64,000 nt of DNA from Negativicutes bacterium. Its GTDB lineage: Bacteria; Bacillota; Negativicutes; JALHDB01. The DNA is taken from NCBI GenBank assembly GCA_022840825.1, contig JALHDB010000001.1, forward strand, positions 362,737 to 426,736, read 5' to 3'. Positions 9,575 through 18,612 of this stretch are shown here, in pieces. Made by a program: the position numbers and the translations under genes. How positions within the stretch are numbered: position 1 is the stretch's first letter; each line of letters opens with the position of its first letter. The notes under the pieces were generated by a model. The model was not told the DNA's origin. It ran no database searches and saw only the letters and a list, made by a program, of their open reading frames with translations.

Positions 9575-10063
9575 ATGGTTCGTTTTGCGGATATTATTGC
9601 TGAGTCTGTGGTTGATGGACCAGGCATTAGAACTGTTGTTTTTTTGCAAGGATGCCCAAGGCGATGTCCCGGTTGTCATAATCCTGAACTATGGCCTATG
9701 GAGTCAGGAAAGGAAGTTACCGAGGAGTTTTTAGCGGAACTGATACTTAGTAAGCTTACTCCTATTCACAGAGGAATTACTTTTAGCGGTGGAGACCCGT
9801 TAGCACAACCACAAGCTTTGTCTAAAGTAATTTCCCTTCTCCGCCAAGTTAATCCCCGATTGAATATCTGGGTATATACAGGATATTTATTTTCGGAAAT
9901 ACAACATTTACCGGTATTGCAAATTATTGATACCCTGGTGGATGGACCGTTTATTTTGGAGGAGAAAGATTTAACACTTCGATTTCGGGGATCTCGCAAT
10001 CAAAAGATTATTGATGTAAAGAAATCTTTATATCAGAAAAAAGTTATCGAATTGGCCTTATAG
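9575..10063 (+). CDS. nrdG: Anaerobic ribonucleotide reductase activating protein NrdG (radical SAM)
   Basis: [14 protein letters not shown] cluster. RBS gggggag precedes the ATG at 9575. Confidence 0.85.
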   Translation: MVRFADIIAESVVDGPGIRTVVFLQGCPRRCPGCHNPELWPMESGKEVTEEFLAELILSKLTPIHRGITFSGGDPLAQPQALSKVISLLRQVNPRLNIWVYTGYLFSEIQHLPVLQIIDTLVDGPFILEEKDLTLRFRGSRNQKIIDVKKSLYQKKVIELAL

Positions 10064-10084
10064 AAAATACCAGTAGTATATAAT

Positions 10085-10127
10085 AACCCCATCAGTTGAA
10101 GTGCAAATGATGGGGTTAAATGTTTAT
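10085..10127. terminator. Hairpin terminator after nrdG, possibly bidirectional
   Basis: 10-bp stem aaccccatca/tgatggggtt, followed by a weak T-tract. Confidence 0.5.
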
Positions 10128-10268
10128 CTGTGTGAAGAGGAAAATAATTTACGCAATAATATGGTTACTGAAATAAACAGAGCTGTAACAATGAATAATG
10201 TTGGCAAAGCTATAATAAATAAGGACCATGCTTGTTGTACCGCCGGGTTGATCATAATTTTACCTCCT

Positions 10269-11375
10269 TCAGCTAACGAGCGCCAGTACTAGTCCGCCCG
10301 CTACCACTGAGCTGATTTGGCCGGAAACATTTACTCCGATAGCATGCATAATTATAAAATTTGTGGGATCTTCTTTTAACGCCATTTTGGCAACGACACG
10401 AGCCGACATTGGAAAAGCCGAAATTCCGCAAGCACCAATCATCGGATTAAGCTTATGAGAAGAAAACAAGTTTAACATTTTTACGAATAATACTCCGCCG
10501 ATAGTATCGAAAATAAAGGCTACCAGACCTAATCCTAGTACAAAGACTACTTTTACGTTTAGAAATTGTTCTGCTTGCATTGTAGCTCCAATTGTAATGC
10601 CTAATAACAGCGTAATAATATTTGCAAGCTCATTTTGAGCTGTTCTTGACAGACTATCTAAGACTCCAGATTCTTTGACTAAGTTACCAAACATGAGTGT
10701 CCCAATCAGTGCAACTGATAACGGAGCAATAATGCCGGCAATTAACGTAATTATAATGGGAAACAAAATTTTAACTTGACAAGGTACCGGTTCTTGTTGG
10801 TCCTCATAATCCATTTTAATGCGCCGTTCATGTTTAGTTGTCATCAGACGGATTATCGGTGGTTGAATAATTGGTACTAGGGCCATATAGGAATATGCCG
10901 CCACCGATAATGGTGCCAATAAATCGGGAGCTAATCGAGCTGCTACATAGATAGTGGTTGGTCCATCGGCGGCTCCGATAATACCGATTGAGGCTGCTTG
11001 CTGAATAGAAAAACCGAATGCAGCTGCAGCAAGAACAGTTGCAAAAATACCAAATTGGGCCGCAGCACCTAATAGCATAACCATCGGACGGCGGATAAGC
11101 GGTGTAAAGTCACACATTGCACCAATAGCAACAAAGATCAATACTGGAAATAATTCGGTATGTATCCCAGCTTTTAATAGGATGGTTAGAGGACCTTCCG
11201 GTCCAATTGCGGAAGAAAGGGGAATATTCGATAATATGGCGCCAAATCCTATCGGCAATAAAAGAGCTGGTTCATAATCCTTCGCAATAGCTAAGTAAAC
11301 GAGTATGCCCCCAACCAGCCACATAGCGGCATGTTTCCAAGTGAGGTTAACTATTCCTACAAGCAGTTCATCCAT
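10269..11375 (-). CDS. Sodium ion-translocating decarboxylase beta subunit (OadB/GcdB/MmdB family), monocistronic
   Basis: 368-aa polytopic membrane protein. Family-typical N-terminus MDELL..GILVYLAIAKDYEPALLLPIGFGAIL and a conserved acidic/Ser-rich core. RBS aaaggaga. No alpha, gamma or biotin-carrier partner gene is adjacent. Confidence 0.8.
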   Translation of the reverse strand: MDELLVGIVNLTWKHAAMWLVGGILVYLAIAKDYEPALLLPIGFGAILSNIPLSSAIGPEGPLTILLKAGIHTELFPVLIFVAIGAMCDFTPLIRRPMVMLLGAAAQFGIFATVLAAAAFGFSIQQAASIGIIGAADGPTTIYVAARLAPDLLAPLSVAAYSYMALVPIIQPPIIRLMTTKHERRIKMDYEDQQEPVPCQVKILFPIIITLIAGIIAPLSVALIGTLMFGNLVKESGVLDSLSRTAQNELANIITLLLGITIGATMQAEQFLNVKVVFVLGLGLVAFIFDTIGGVLFVKMLNLFSSHKLNPMIGACGISAFPMSARVVAKMALKEDPTNFIIMHAIGVNVSGQISSVVAGGLVLALVS

Positions 11376-11493
11376 AGTGGTCTCCTTTACAGTAAATAAA
11401 AGTACTCTATTAGTTTGATTTTTTCTTTATTTATTATATACGGTTCATAAAATTATAGCAATTTAATTAAAATTACAGGAATTACAATAGATA

Positions 11494-12072
11494 ATGTATA
11501 ATATTAAAAAAAGTTTAACCAAATTTAAGACGTTTTTTACAATGTACGATTATGGGGAGGGGAGCACAATAGTTACCGAAGATAAGTTGTTGTATATAAA
11601 GAAAATGCAGAATTATTTCGCTTCTGATGAAAGACGAATCAACCATGCATTAAATGTGTTAGATTACGCAGAACAAATCATGGACAATGAGGACGTAAAC
11701 AATTTTGAAAAAAGAGTTATTACCATAACCGCTATTCTTCATGATATCGGCGTCAAAATGGCTGAGACAAAATATGGCCTGGCTAATCCACGACTGCAGG
11801 AAATTGAAGGACCACCGGTTGCTCAAGTAATAATGGCGGAAGTTGGTGAACAAGAGGATATCGTCGCAAGAGTGAAATACATAATTGGTGGGCATCATAC
11901 CGCAGCAAAAATTAACGGTTTAGATTTTCAAATTATCTGGGAATCTGATTTGCTTGTTAATCTAGCAAAAGAAAATTGGAATTTAGATCGTGCTAAGCTA
12001 GAAAATATAGTTAATAAGCATTTTAAAACTTCAACAGGAATAAGAATCGCGCGAAAAAAGTATTTATCTTAA
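11494..12072 (+). CDS. HD-domain metal-dependent phosphohydrolase
   Basis: H..HD motif (ILHDIGV) and a downstream GGHH. No convincing RBS, so the start is uncertain and may lie at an internal Met. Confidence 0.55.
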   Translation: MYNIKKSLTKFKTFFTMYDYGEGSTIVTEDKLLYIKKMQNYFASDERRINHALNVLDYAEQIMDNEDVNNFEKRVITITAILHDIGVKMAETKYGLANPRLQEIEGPPVAQVIMAEVGEQEDIVARVKYIIGGHHTAAKINGLDFQIIWESDLLVNLAKENWNLDRAKLENIVNKHFKTSTGIRIARKKYLS

Positions 12073-12096
12073 AACAGGCTTAGAGGAGAATATACT

Positions 12097-13296
12097 ATGC
12101 TCCGAGTACAACGGCAAGATTTAAAAGAGGGTATGATTCTTGCTGAACCAATCTTAGATGTTAATGGCAAGGTATTATTAGCAGACAAAGCTGAAATTAG
12201 TCAGAAACATATACAGCTAATGCAAACCTGGGATATCGGATTCATTTGCATACGTGAGCCTGGGGATACGGATGAATCAATCGCCGCTGAATTGAAAGTT
12301 GATCGAATTAGGATTGGTGATAAATCACAATTCCTTGAGGCACTTCAACTAGGTATAAACACTAACCAAATCTTATCTATATTGCAGGGAAAGAAAAAAT
12401 CCGAACAGTTTGCTTTGCCAGCTGAATATGAAAAAGATAGTTCTTTAGAAACCTTATTTAATGAACAGACTTTTGATTATTATGGCCGATTTTTAAATAT
12501 TATCGAGAAAACATTTCATACTTCCGCCCGAAATAAAACGTCGTTAATTAAGGATATGGTAGAGTTGGCACAACCATTGGCTAATTTTATTTTATGTACC
12601 GAAGGTGTTATCGGCTATGCATTACGTTCGATCGCAGCCAAAAATGAACTAGCCCGCCATACTCTGGCCGTTACTATTATATCCGGAAAAATTGCTCTGT
12701 TATTGGAATATAATAAGAGGGATTTAGGGATATTAGTATTGGGAGCTTTACTGCATGATATCGGCAAGATTAATTTTCCTCCAGAAATTATCAGTTTGTC
12801 TAAAAATGCTAGCGAATCGCAACGACGGTTATATGAAAGCCATATATCTCAAGGAATTTCATTAGTTACGGGAAAAGCGTGGATGCCGAAAGAAGTATTG
12901 TTGACAATTGCTCAGCATCATGAAAGAATTAATGGCAATGGCTTTCCTATAGGCTTTTTAGGTGAGAAGATCCACCCTTTTGCCAGGATTGTTGCTCTTG
13001 CCGACTATGTCGATCATGTTATGTATACCGGTAGTGGTGAAGGTTGCAATCTATTGGATCTGATCAGACAGTTACCGTTAATGAATCAGCTGTTTGATAT
13101 AGGGATAAGCACTTGTTTTATAAATTATCTGCGAGATTTTTTATTAAGTAATGTAATACAGCTTGAAGATGGACGGCAAGCTCAAATCGTGTTTATGCAT
13201 CAATCGTTACGCGAGCCGATTATTAAGACATCCGATGGAACAATTATCGATTTAAATAAAGTAAAAAATATAAGTATTAAGAAATATTCTTTATAA
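12097..13296 (+). CDS. HD-GYP domain protein (putative c-di-GMP phosphodiesterase) with a DUF3391-like N-terminal domain
   Basis: LLHDIGK plus HHERINGNGFP, a GYP-variant motif. RBS gaggaga. Confidence 0.75.
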   Translation: MLRVQRQDLKEGMILAEPILDVNGKVLLADKAEISQKHIQLMQTWDIGFICIREPGDTDESIAAELKVDRIRIGDKSQFLEALQLGINTNQILSILQGKKKSEQFALPAEYEKDSSLETLFNEQTFDYYGRFLNIIEKTFHTSARNKTSLIKDMVELAQPLANFILCTEGVIGYALRSIAAKNELARHTLAVTIISGKIALLLEYNKRDLGILVLGALLHDIGKINFPPEIISLSKNASESQRRLYESHISQGISLVTGKAWMPKEVLLTIAQHHERINGNGFPIGFLGEKIHPFARIVALADYVDHVMYTGSGEGCNLLDLIRQLPLMNQLFDIGISTCFINYLRDFLLSNVIQLEDGRQAQIVFMHQSLREPIIKTSDGTIIDLNKVKNISIKKYSL

Positions 13297-13321
13297 TTTT
13301 TGCAGTAAATTACCTGTTGAC

Positions 13322-13371
13322 AAAATATCAGGCGCTAGACATGGACCCAACATGCTGTTGCCTGATATTTT
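13322..13371. terminator. Bidirectional terminator between the HD-GYP gene and usp
   Basis: 12-bp stem aaaatatcaggc/gcctgatatttt, flanked by A and T tracts. Confidence 0.65.
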
Positions 13372-13376
13372 GTTAT

Positions 13377-13817
13377 TTATTTTATGACAAGTACGGGCAT
13401 TTTCGCATAGGTGACTAGTTTTTGCGCTACACTACCTAACAGTAATCCCTCGAATCCTCCTAAACCACGTGTACCACAGATGATCATATTGATTTCCTGC
13501 TGATGTGCATATTTTATGATTTCGTCGTCAGGAATGCCGTGCAACAGGATAGTTTGAGCCGGAACATTTTTATCACGACAGTAAGTAAGTGCAGTATCTA
13601 AAACTTTTTTGGTTTCTTGTTCGGCAATTTCCCATAGCGGTCCAAGCATTATCCCGCTGTTTTGGTCAAAACCCGAATATACAATTGGTGGTGTCACGAC
13701 AGAAACTATCAATAAATCAGCATGGGTATATTCAATGATATCAATTGCCCAATCTAATGCTTTTTGACTTTGTGCTGAACCGTCATATGCAACAAGTAAC
13801 TTATTGATTTTTAACAT
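13377..13817 (-). CDS. Universal stress protein (UspA family)
   Basis: 146 aa, with LVAYDGS and a C-terminal GSVAQKLVTYAKMPVLVI ATP-binding-type motif. RBS gggggaggg. Confidence 0.8.
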   Translation of the reverse strand: MLKINKLLVAYDGSAQSQKALDWAIDIIEYTHADLLIVSVVTPPIVYSGFDQNSGIMLGPLWEIAEQETKKVLDTALTYCRDKNVPAQTILLHGIPDDEIIKYAHQQEINMIICGTRGLGGFEGLLLGSVAQKLVTYAKMPVLVIK

Positions 13818-13867
13818 TTATATCCCTCCCCCGTATATTTATATGTTTTTTTCGCTGAATGAGCAGC

Positions 13868-13892
13868 TATTACCTGCCGGCAGGGTATAATT
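13868..13892 (+). promoter_or_regulatory. Near-perfect palindrome ACCTGCCGGCAGGG abutting a TATAAT -10
   Basis: The arms acctgcc / ggcaggg run directly into tataat at 13887-13892, upstream of the radical SAM gene. Confidence 0.35.
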
Positions 13893-13965
13893 CTGTTAGA
13901 CCGGCTCTGTTCAAGCAGGTAAACATAGAGGAATTGTGGAAGAATATAGGCACTAATGACTTGGA

Positions 13966-15705
13966 GTGATAAATTTGTCTTGGCATCTAAAAGAAAAATT
14001 ACAAAAATATTTACAAGCAGAAACCGGCACAATCGTATTTGCTCCGGGGGCTCGGACCGGTTTCGCGCTTGTTTATCCTAATACTTATGAAGTTGGAATG
14101 TCGAATCTTGGCATGCATATTATCTACCAACAAATAAATAGTAGGAGCGATACGTCATGTGAGCGTTTTTTTCTTCCTGATTCAAAAACGTTGACTGAAT
14201 ATGCTCGGACGAATACTCCGCTTATGTCGATCGAGAACCAACTACCATTACATAAAATGGATTTAATTGGTTTTGCCGTATCATTTGAAATGGATTATTT
14301 TAATGTTATTGCCATGCTGGAAATTGGAAAGGTAACATTGTTGTCGTGTAACCGCGGTGAAGAAGATCCGATAATTATAATGGGCGGTCCCTGCGCGACA
14401 TTTAACCCCGAACCGTTAGCTGATATTGCGGATGTTTTCATTATCGGTGAAGGTGAGGAGACTATTCATGCGATACTGGACTCCTACTATGAAGGACGCC
14501 GGCAAGAGCGGACTCGTTATGATATATTGCTGGATATGGCGCAATTAGCCGGTGTATATGTTCCGCGTTTTTACCAGCCGCTTTATAGCCCGGATGGCAT
14601 TATTCAGCAAATAGACAGATTAGATAATGTTCCGCCACAGATCAGTCGTCAATGGATTAAAGATATTGATAGCTTTCCGGCTCATTCAATAATCTTAACC
14701 GATCAAACCGAATTTCAGAATAAGTTTTTAATTGAAGTTGCCCGCGGCTGTGGCCGTCATTGCCGTTTTTGTATGGCGGGTTATTGTTTCCGAAGACCAA
14801 GGAACCGGAGCTTGGACAATTTGAAAAAAGTAGTTGATTATGCTGCGACGATGTCTGACCGAGTTGGCCTAATGGGCGCAGCTATTTCCGATTATCCGGA
14901 CATAGATTTATTATGTGATTATATTTTGCAGCAAGGATTAAGTATGTCAGTTGCATCGTTCCGAGCGGACTCATTATCGGTTACATTAATGCAATCTCTG
15001 GCGAGCAGCGGGCATAAAACGATTACAATTGCCCCGGAAGCCGGGAGTAGCCGCTTGCGCAATATTATCAATAAAAACATTTCTGCAGATGATATAGTCA
15101 GGGCGGTTGATTTATCCATCCGTAGCGGTGTAAACAATATACGCTTATACTTTATGATTGGTTTACCGTTTGAGCAAGATCAAGATATTGATGCAATAAT
15201 AACTATGGCTAAACAAATTAAGCAGCAAATGTCGGCTTTAGGATCGAAGGGAAAATTAACCCTTAGTATTAACCCGTTTGTTCCCAAACCGTTTACCCCA
15301 TTTCAATGGTTGCCCATGAACGATCTTAAAGATACAGAGTTTAAGCTCAAACAAATAAAGTCCGCACTTAAGTCCATTAAAGGGATAGAAGTACTGGTGG
15401 AATCAGTTAAGGAAGCCTACATCCAGGCTGTATTAGCCAGGGGTGACCGGCGTCTGGGAGAATTGCTGATCAAAGCCCATAATAACGGGGGGCCTAAGGG
15501 ATGGCGTACAGCAATTAAAGGTAGTCAGCTTGATGAATCGTTTTACTTGTATCGCGAGAGAAGTAAAAGCGAAATATTACCTTGGCAGCATATTGATACC
15601 GGCGTGACAAACCAGTATTTGCTGCAAGAGTTGGCTAAATCTGCTGAGGAAATTATTACTGTGCGCTGTGCAGACAATTGCCGTCGTTGTGGAGTGTGCA
15701 ATTAG
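13966..15705 (+). CDS. Large radical SAM protein (B12-binding-like N-terminal region; resembles the TIGR03960-type family)
   Basis: CGRHCRFCMAGYC fits a CxxxCxxC radical SAM cluster. 579 aa. An alternative TTG start at 13975 follows RBS ggagtg. Confidence 0.7.
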   Translation: MINLSWHLKEKLQKYLQAETGTIVFAPGARTGFALVYPNTYEVGMSNLGMHIIYQQINSRSDTSCERFFLPDSKTLTEYARTNTPLMSIENQLPLHKMDLIGFAVSFEMDYFNVIAMLEIGKVTLLSCNRGEEDPIIIMGGPCATFNPEPLADIADVFIIGEGEETIHAILDSYYEGRRQERTRYDILLDMAQLAGVYVPRFYQPLYSPDGIIQQIDRLDNVPPQISRQWIKDIDSFPAHSIILTDQTEFQNKFLIEVARGCGRHCRFCMAGYCFRRPRNRSLDNLKKVVDYAATMSDRVGLMGAAISDYPDIDLLCDYILQQGLSMSVASFRADSLSVTLMQSLASSGHKTITIAPEAGSSRLRNIINKNISADDIVRAVDLSIRSGVNNIRLYFMIGLPFEQDQDIDAIITMAKQIKQQMSALGSKGKLTLSINPFVPKPFTPFQWLPMNDLKDTEFKLKQIKSALKSIKGIEVLVESVKEAYIQAVLARGDRRLGELLIKAHNNGGPKGWRTAIKGSQLDESFYLYRERSKSEILPWQHIDTGVTNQYLLQELAKSAEEIITVRCADNCRRCGVCN

Positions 15706-15727
15706 TTTATTTGAAAGGTGTGAACGG

Positions 15728-16549
15728 ATGAACCAGTTTGTACTTCTTCATAAAGAACCAAGTCTTTGGTATGGGAGTTTTTTGCATATGGCCCAGGCCG
15801 GTTTTATTAATGCCATATCAACAAGATTTTCTGGAATCAGCAACGGAAGTTTTGAATCGCTGAATTTAGCATTGCATGTTGGCGATGACCAGCAAAATGT
15901 GATAGCTAACCGCCGCATTTTTTGCGAAGCATTGGACCTTAATTTTACCAGGCTTACTACAGCTCAACAGGTTCATGCCGATTATATAGCGGTGGTTAAA
16001 GAGCAAGATGCCGGCAAGGGGTCTCAGGCCTATGAGGATGCTCTGCCACAAACCGATGCCCTGATTACGAATATACCAAACTTACCGTTAATGTTGTGTT
16101 ACGCAGATTGCGTTCCAGTCTTAATCGCTGATCCGGTTAATAGAGCAGTCGGTGTCATACATGCCGGTTGGAAAGGGACTGTTTCATTAATAGTCCAAAA
16201 GACAATTGCCGCAATGAACAAAGAGTATGGTACGGAGGCTAAGCACTGTTTGGCCGGAATTGGGCCCGCCATTGGACCGTGTTGTTACCAAGTTGATTCT
16301 ACTGTTATTAATAGTTTAGCAGAAAACTTTACATCATGGTCTGCTGTTGTAACAAGCAACGGCAATGGTCGATGGAATTTAAACCTTTGGCAGGCAAACA
16401 TACTGCAGCTGGAACAATGCGGCATTCCCGAATTTAATATCATTAGTAGTAATATTTGCACCTCTTGCAACCGGTCTTTATTTTATTCATATCGAGCTGA
16501 TGATAAAATTACCGGGAGATTAGGTGCTCTAATTGCAATTACAGATTAG
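15728..16549 (+). CDS. pgeF: Peptidoglycan editing factor PgeF (YlmD/YfiH, LACC1 family)
   Basis: Family-typical motifs and position (ylmD slot of the dcw tail). RBS aaaggtg. The start overlaps the radical SAM gene's 3' end. Confidence 0.8.
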   Translation: MNQFVLLHKEPSLWYGSFLHMAQAGFINAISTRFSGISNGSFESLNLALHVGDDQQNVIANRRIFCEALDLNFTRLTTAQQVHADYIAVVKEQDAGKGSQAYEDALPQTDALITNIPNLPLMLCYADCVPVLIADPVNRAVGVIHAGWKGTVSLIVQKTIAAMNKEYGTEAKHCLAGIGPAIGPCCYQVDSTVINSLAENFTSWSAVVTSNGNGRWNLNLWQANILQLEQCGIPEFNIISSNICTSCNRSLFYSYRADDKITGRLGALIAITD

Positions 16550-16647
16550 GAGCAAAGTCCTCTTTTGATAAATTTTTATGTTAATCTTCTTAAGCTAGAG
16601 GAAAATTATGTTTATCCGCGAATATTGCTAACATGGAGGGGTTGTTA

Positions 16648-17340
16648 GTGATTGCAGAAAATATTAAAAAATTACACAAAAATATAAATCGTGCTCTAAC
16701 AGCTCGAATTAGTTGTAATGTTACCCAACAAGTTAAGATAATTGGCGTTACCAAAAATCAAACGGTCGCTAAAATGCAGCAAGCCGTGGATGCTGGGATA
16801 TTTGCAATTGGGGAAAACCGTGTCCAGGAAGCAACTGAAAAATTTCCACGGTTGGACCGGCCGGTAGAGTGGCATATGATTGGTCATCTTCAGACCAATA
16901 AAGTTAAACAATCTGTAAAAATGTTCCAATTGATTCACTCGGTAGATAGCGAGAATCTAGCATTCCAAATTAACAAAGCTGCGGCAAACTTGGGAAAAAT
17001 ACAAGATGTGCTTATTCAAGTCAATATCGCCGATGAACAAACTAAGTTTGGGGTAGCCGAGCAGGAAGTAATGCCATTAGCCCGGTACATAGCTGAACAA
17101 AGTAATTTACGTCTATGCGGTTTAATGACAATAGCGCCGCATTTTGATAATGCCGAGCATACGCGTCCTATTTTTCAGGCGGCATATTTGCAATTCATTA
17201 AGTTGCGCGAAACGAGTCTGCCGAATACTTGTATCCAATGGTTATCAATGGGAATGAGTAATGATTATGAAATTGCAATTCAAGAAGGGTCGAATCTAAT
17301 CCGAATCGGTACGGACATTTTTGGGGAACGTGAATACTAG
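16648..17340 (+). CDS. ylmE: YggS/YlmE family PLP homeostasis protein
   Basis: Alanine-racemase-like fold signature ending in IGTDIFG. RBS ggagggg precedes the GTG at 16648; the ORF track starts at 16633. Confidence 0.8.
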   Translation: MIAENIKKLHKNINRALTARISCNVTQQVKIIGVTKNQTVAKMQQAVDAGIFAIGENRVQEATEKFPRLDRPVEWHMIGHLQTNKVKQSVKMFQLIHSVDSENLAFQINKAAANLGKIQDVLIQVNIADEQTKFGVAEQEVMPLARYIAEQSNLRLCGLMTIAPHFDNAEHTRPIFQAAYLQFIKLRETSLPNTCIQWLSMGMSNDYEIAIQEGSNLIRIGTDIFGEREY

Positions 17341-17352
17341 GAGGTATAGCAA

Positions 17353-17766
17353 ATGAAGTTCATGGAGAAAGTTTGGGGAAGCCTAGGGATATTTGAACCT
17401 GTTGAGCCAGATGAAAAAATTGATATGCCTGAAACAGAAGTAAAGGTAAAAAAGGCTTCCGGAAATGTGGTTAACTTGCCGACTGTTCCCAAACAAATGC
17501 AGGTAATGATTGTAGAACCATTTTCGTTTGATGATGCTCAACAAATTGCTGATTACTTAAAAAGTCGCAAACCGGTTGTTGTTAATTTCGAGAATACAGA
17601 CAGCGAAATTGCTAAACGAATGATTGACTTTATGAGTGGTACTGCTTATGCCTTAGGAGGAACAATACAAAAGGTTGGCAAGGACATTTTTCTTTGTGCA
17701 CCATATAATGTTGAAGTCGATTATACAACACAAATCAGCGGATTGAATAATGATTTTAATATATAG
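17353..17766 (+). CDS. sepF: Cell division protein SepF
   Basis: 137 aa with a conserved C-terminal SepF domain. It follows ylmE, as in the Bacillus order. RBS aggaggt. Confidence 0.85.
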   Translation: MKFMEKVWGSLGIFEPVEPDEKIDMPETEVKVKKASGNVVNLPTVPKQMQVMIVEPFSFDDAQQIADYLKSRKPVVVNFENTDSEIAKRMIDFMSGTAYALGGTIQKVGKDIFLCAPYNVEVDYTTQISGLNNDFNI

Positions 17767-17799
17767 AATAAATTAGTTATATCTTGGGAGGTAATTTTA

Positions 17800-18612
17800 T
17801 TGCTGCAAACTAAAATCGGATTTATTGGCGGTGGTGCCATAGCGGAGGCACTTATCAACGGAATGATAAAGTCCGGTCTGATTAAGTCTGATCGGATTTT
17901 AGTAAGCGATATTTCCAATGATCGATTAGCTTATCTAAAAAATACTTTTGGCTTGGCCGTATGTAACGACAATAAGACAGTTGCCGAACAGGTCGATTTA
18001 TTGTTTCTATCTATTAAGCCTCAAGTCGCTGATCAAGTCATTAAGGATCTAAAGACTGCTGTTAAAGAAAAGACAATTATAGTTTCAGTTGTGGCTGGTT
18101 TTACAATTGATAGGTTGCAGGCAATGCTGCCTAATATTCCTATTGTGCGCGTAATGCCCAATACTCCGGTAGCCGTAGGTGCCGGAATGGCTGCTATCTC
18201 ACTCGGTACTTTTGCTGATTCACAGGCTGGTGACTTAGTTGCTAAAATTTTTGCTTCGTCCGGTGAGGTTGTAATGGTAGATGAAAAAGTAATGGATGGA
18301 GTTACCGGATTATCCGGCAGTGGTCCGGGATACGGATTTTTAATTATTGAAGCTTTGGCTGATGCCGGTGTAAAAGTAGGGTTGCCCCGTAAAACGTCAT
18401 TAATTTTAGCAGCACAAACATTGCTGGGTGCTGCTAAGATGGTACTAGATACAACAGAGCATCCTGCTAAGCTTAGAGATATGGTTACATCGCCGGCCGG
18501 TACAACGATAACCGGTATTCACGTTTTGGAACAACGAGGAGTGCGTGCAGCCATAATTGATGCAGTAATTGCAGCAACTGAACGATCGAAGGAGCTTGGG
18601 ACAAAGTTATGA
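17800..18612 (+). CDS. proC: Pyrroline-5-carboxylate reductase ProC
   Basis: GFIGGGAIAEAL Rossmann motif and a P5CR C-terminal dimerisation domain. TTG start after gggaggt. Confidence 0.85.
   Translation: MLQTKIGFIGGGAIAEALINGMIKSGLIKSDRILVSDISNDRLAYLKNTFGLAVCNDNKTVAEQVDLLFLSIKPQVADQVIKDLKTAVKEKTIIVSVVAGFTIDRLQAMLPNIPIVRVMPNTPVAVGAGMAAISLGTFADSQAGDLVAKIFASSGEVVMVDEKVMDGVTGLSGSGPGYGFLIIEALADAGVKVGLPRKTSLILAAQTLLGAAKMVLDTTEHPAKLRDMVTSPAGTTITGIHVLEQRGVRAAIIDAVIAATERSKELGTKL

Noticed and set aside
9522-9734. 70-aa ORF overlapping the nrdG start.
   Set aside because: It sits in a different frame from nrdG and lacks an RBS. The region is accounted for by the nrdD-nrdG intergenic hairpin and nrdG itself.
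10101-10292. 63-aa ORF between nrdG and the oadB-like gene.
   Set aside because: No RBS. It overlaps the terminator hairpin and the 3' end of the minus-strand gene, so it is likely spurious.
13811-14032. 73-aa minus-strand ORF upstream of usp.
   Set aside because: It overlaps the usp start and the promoter and palindrome region of the radical SAM gene. It has no RBS.
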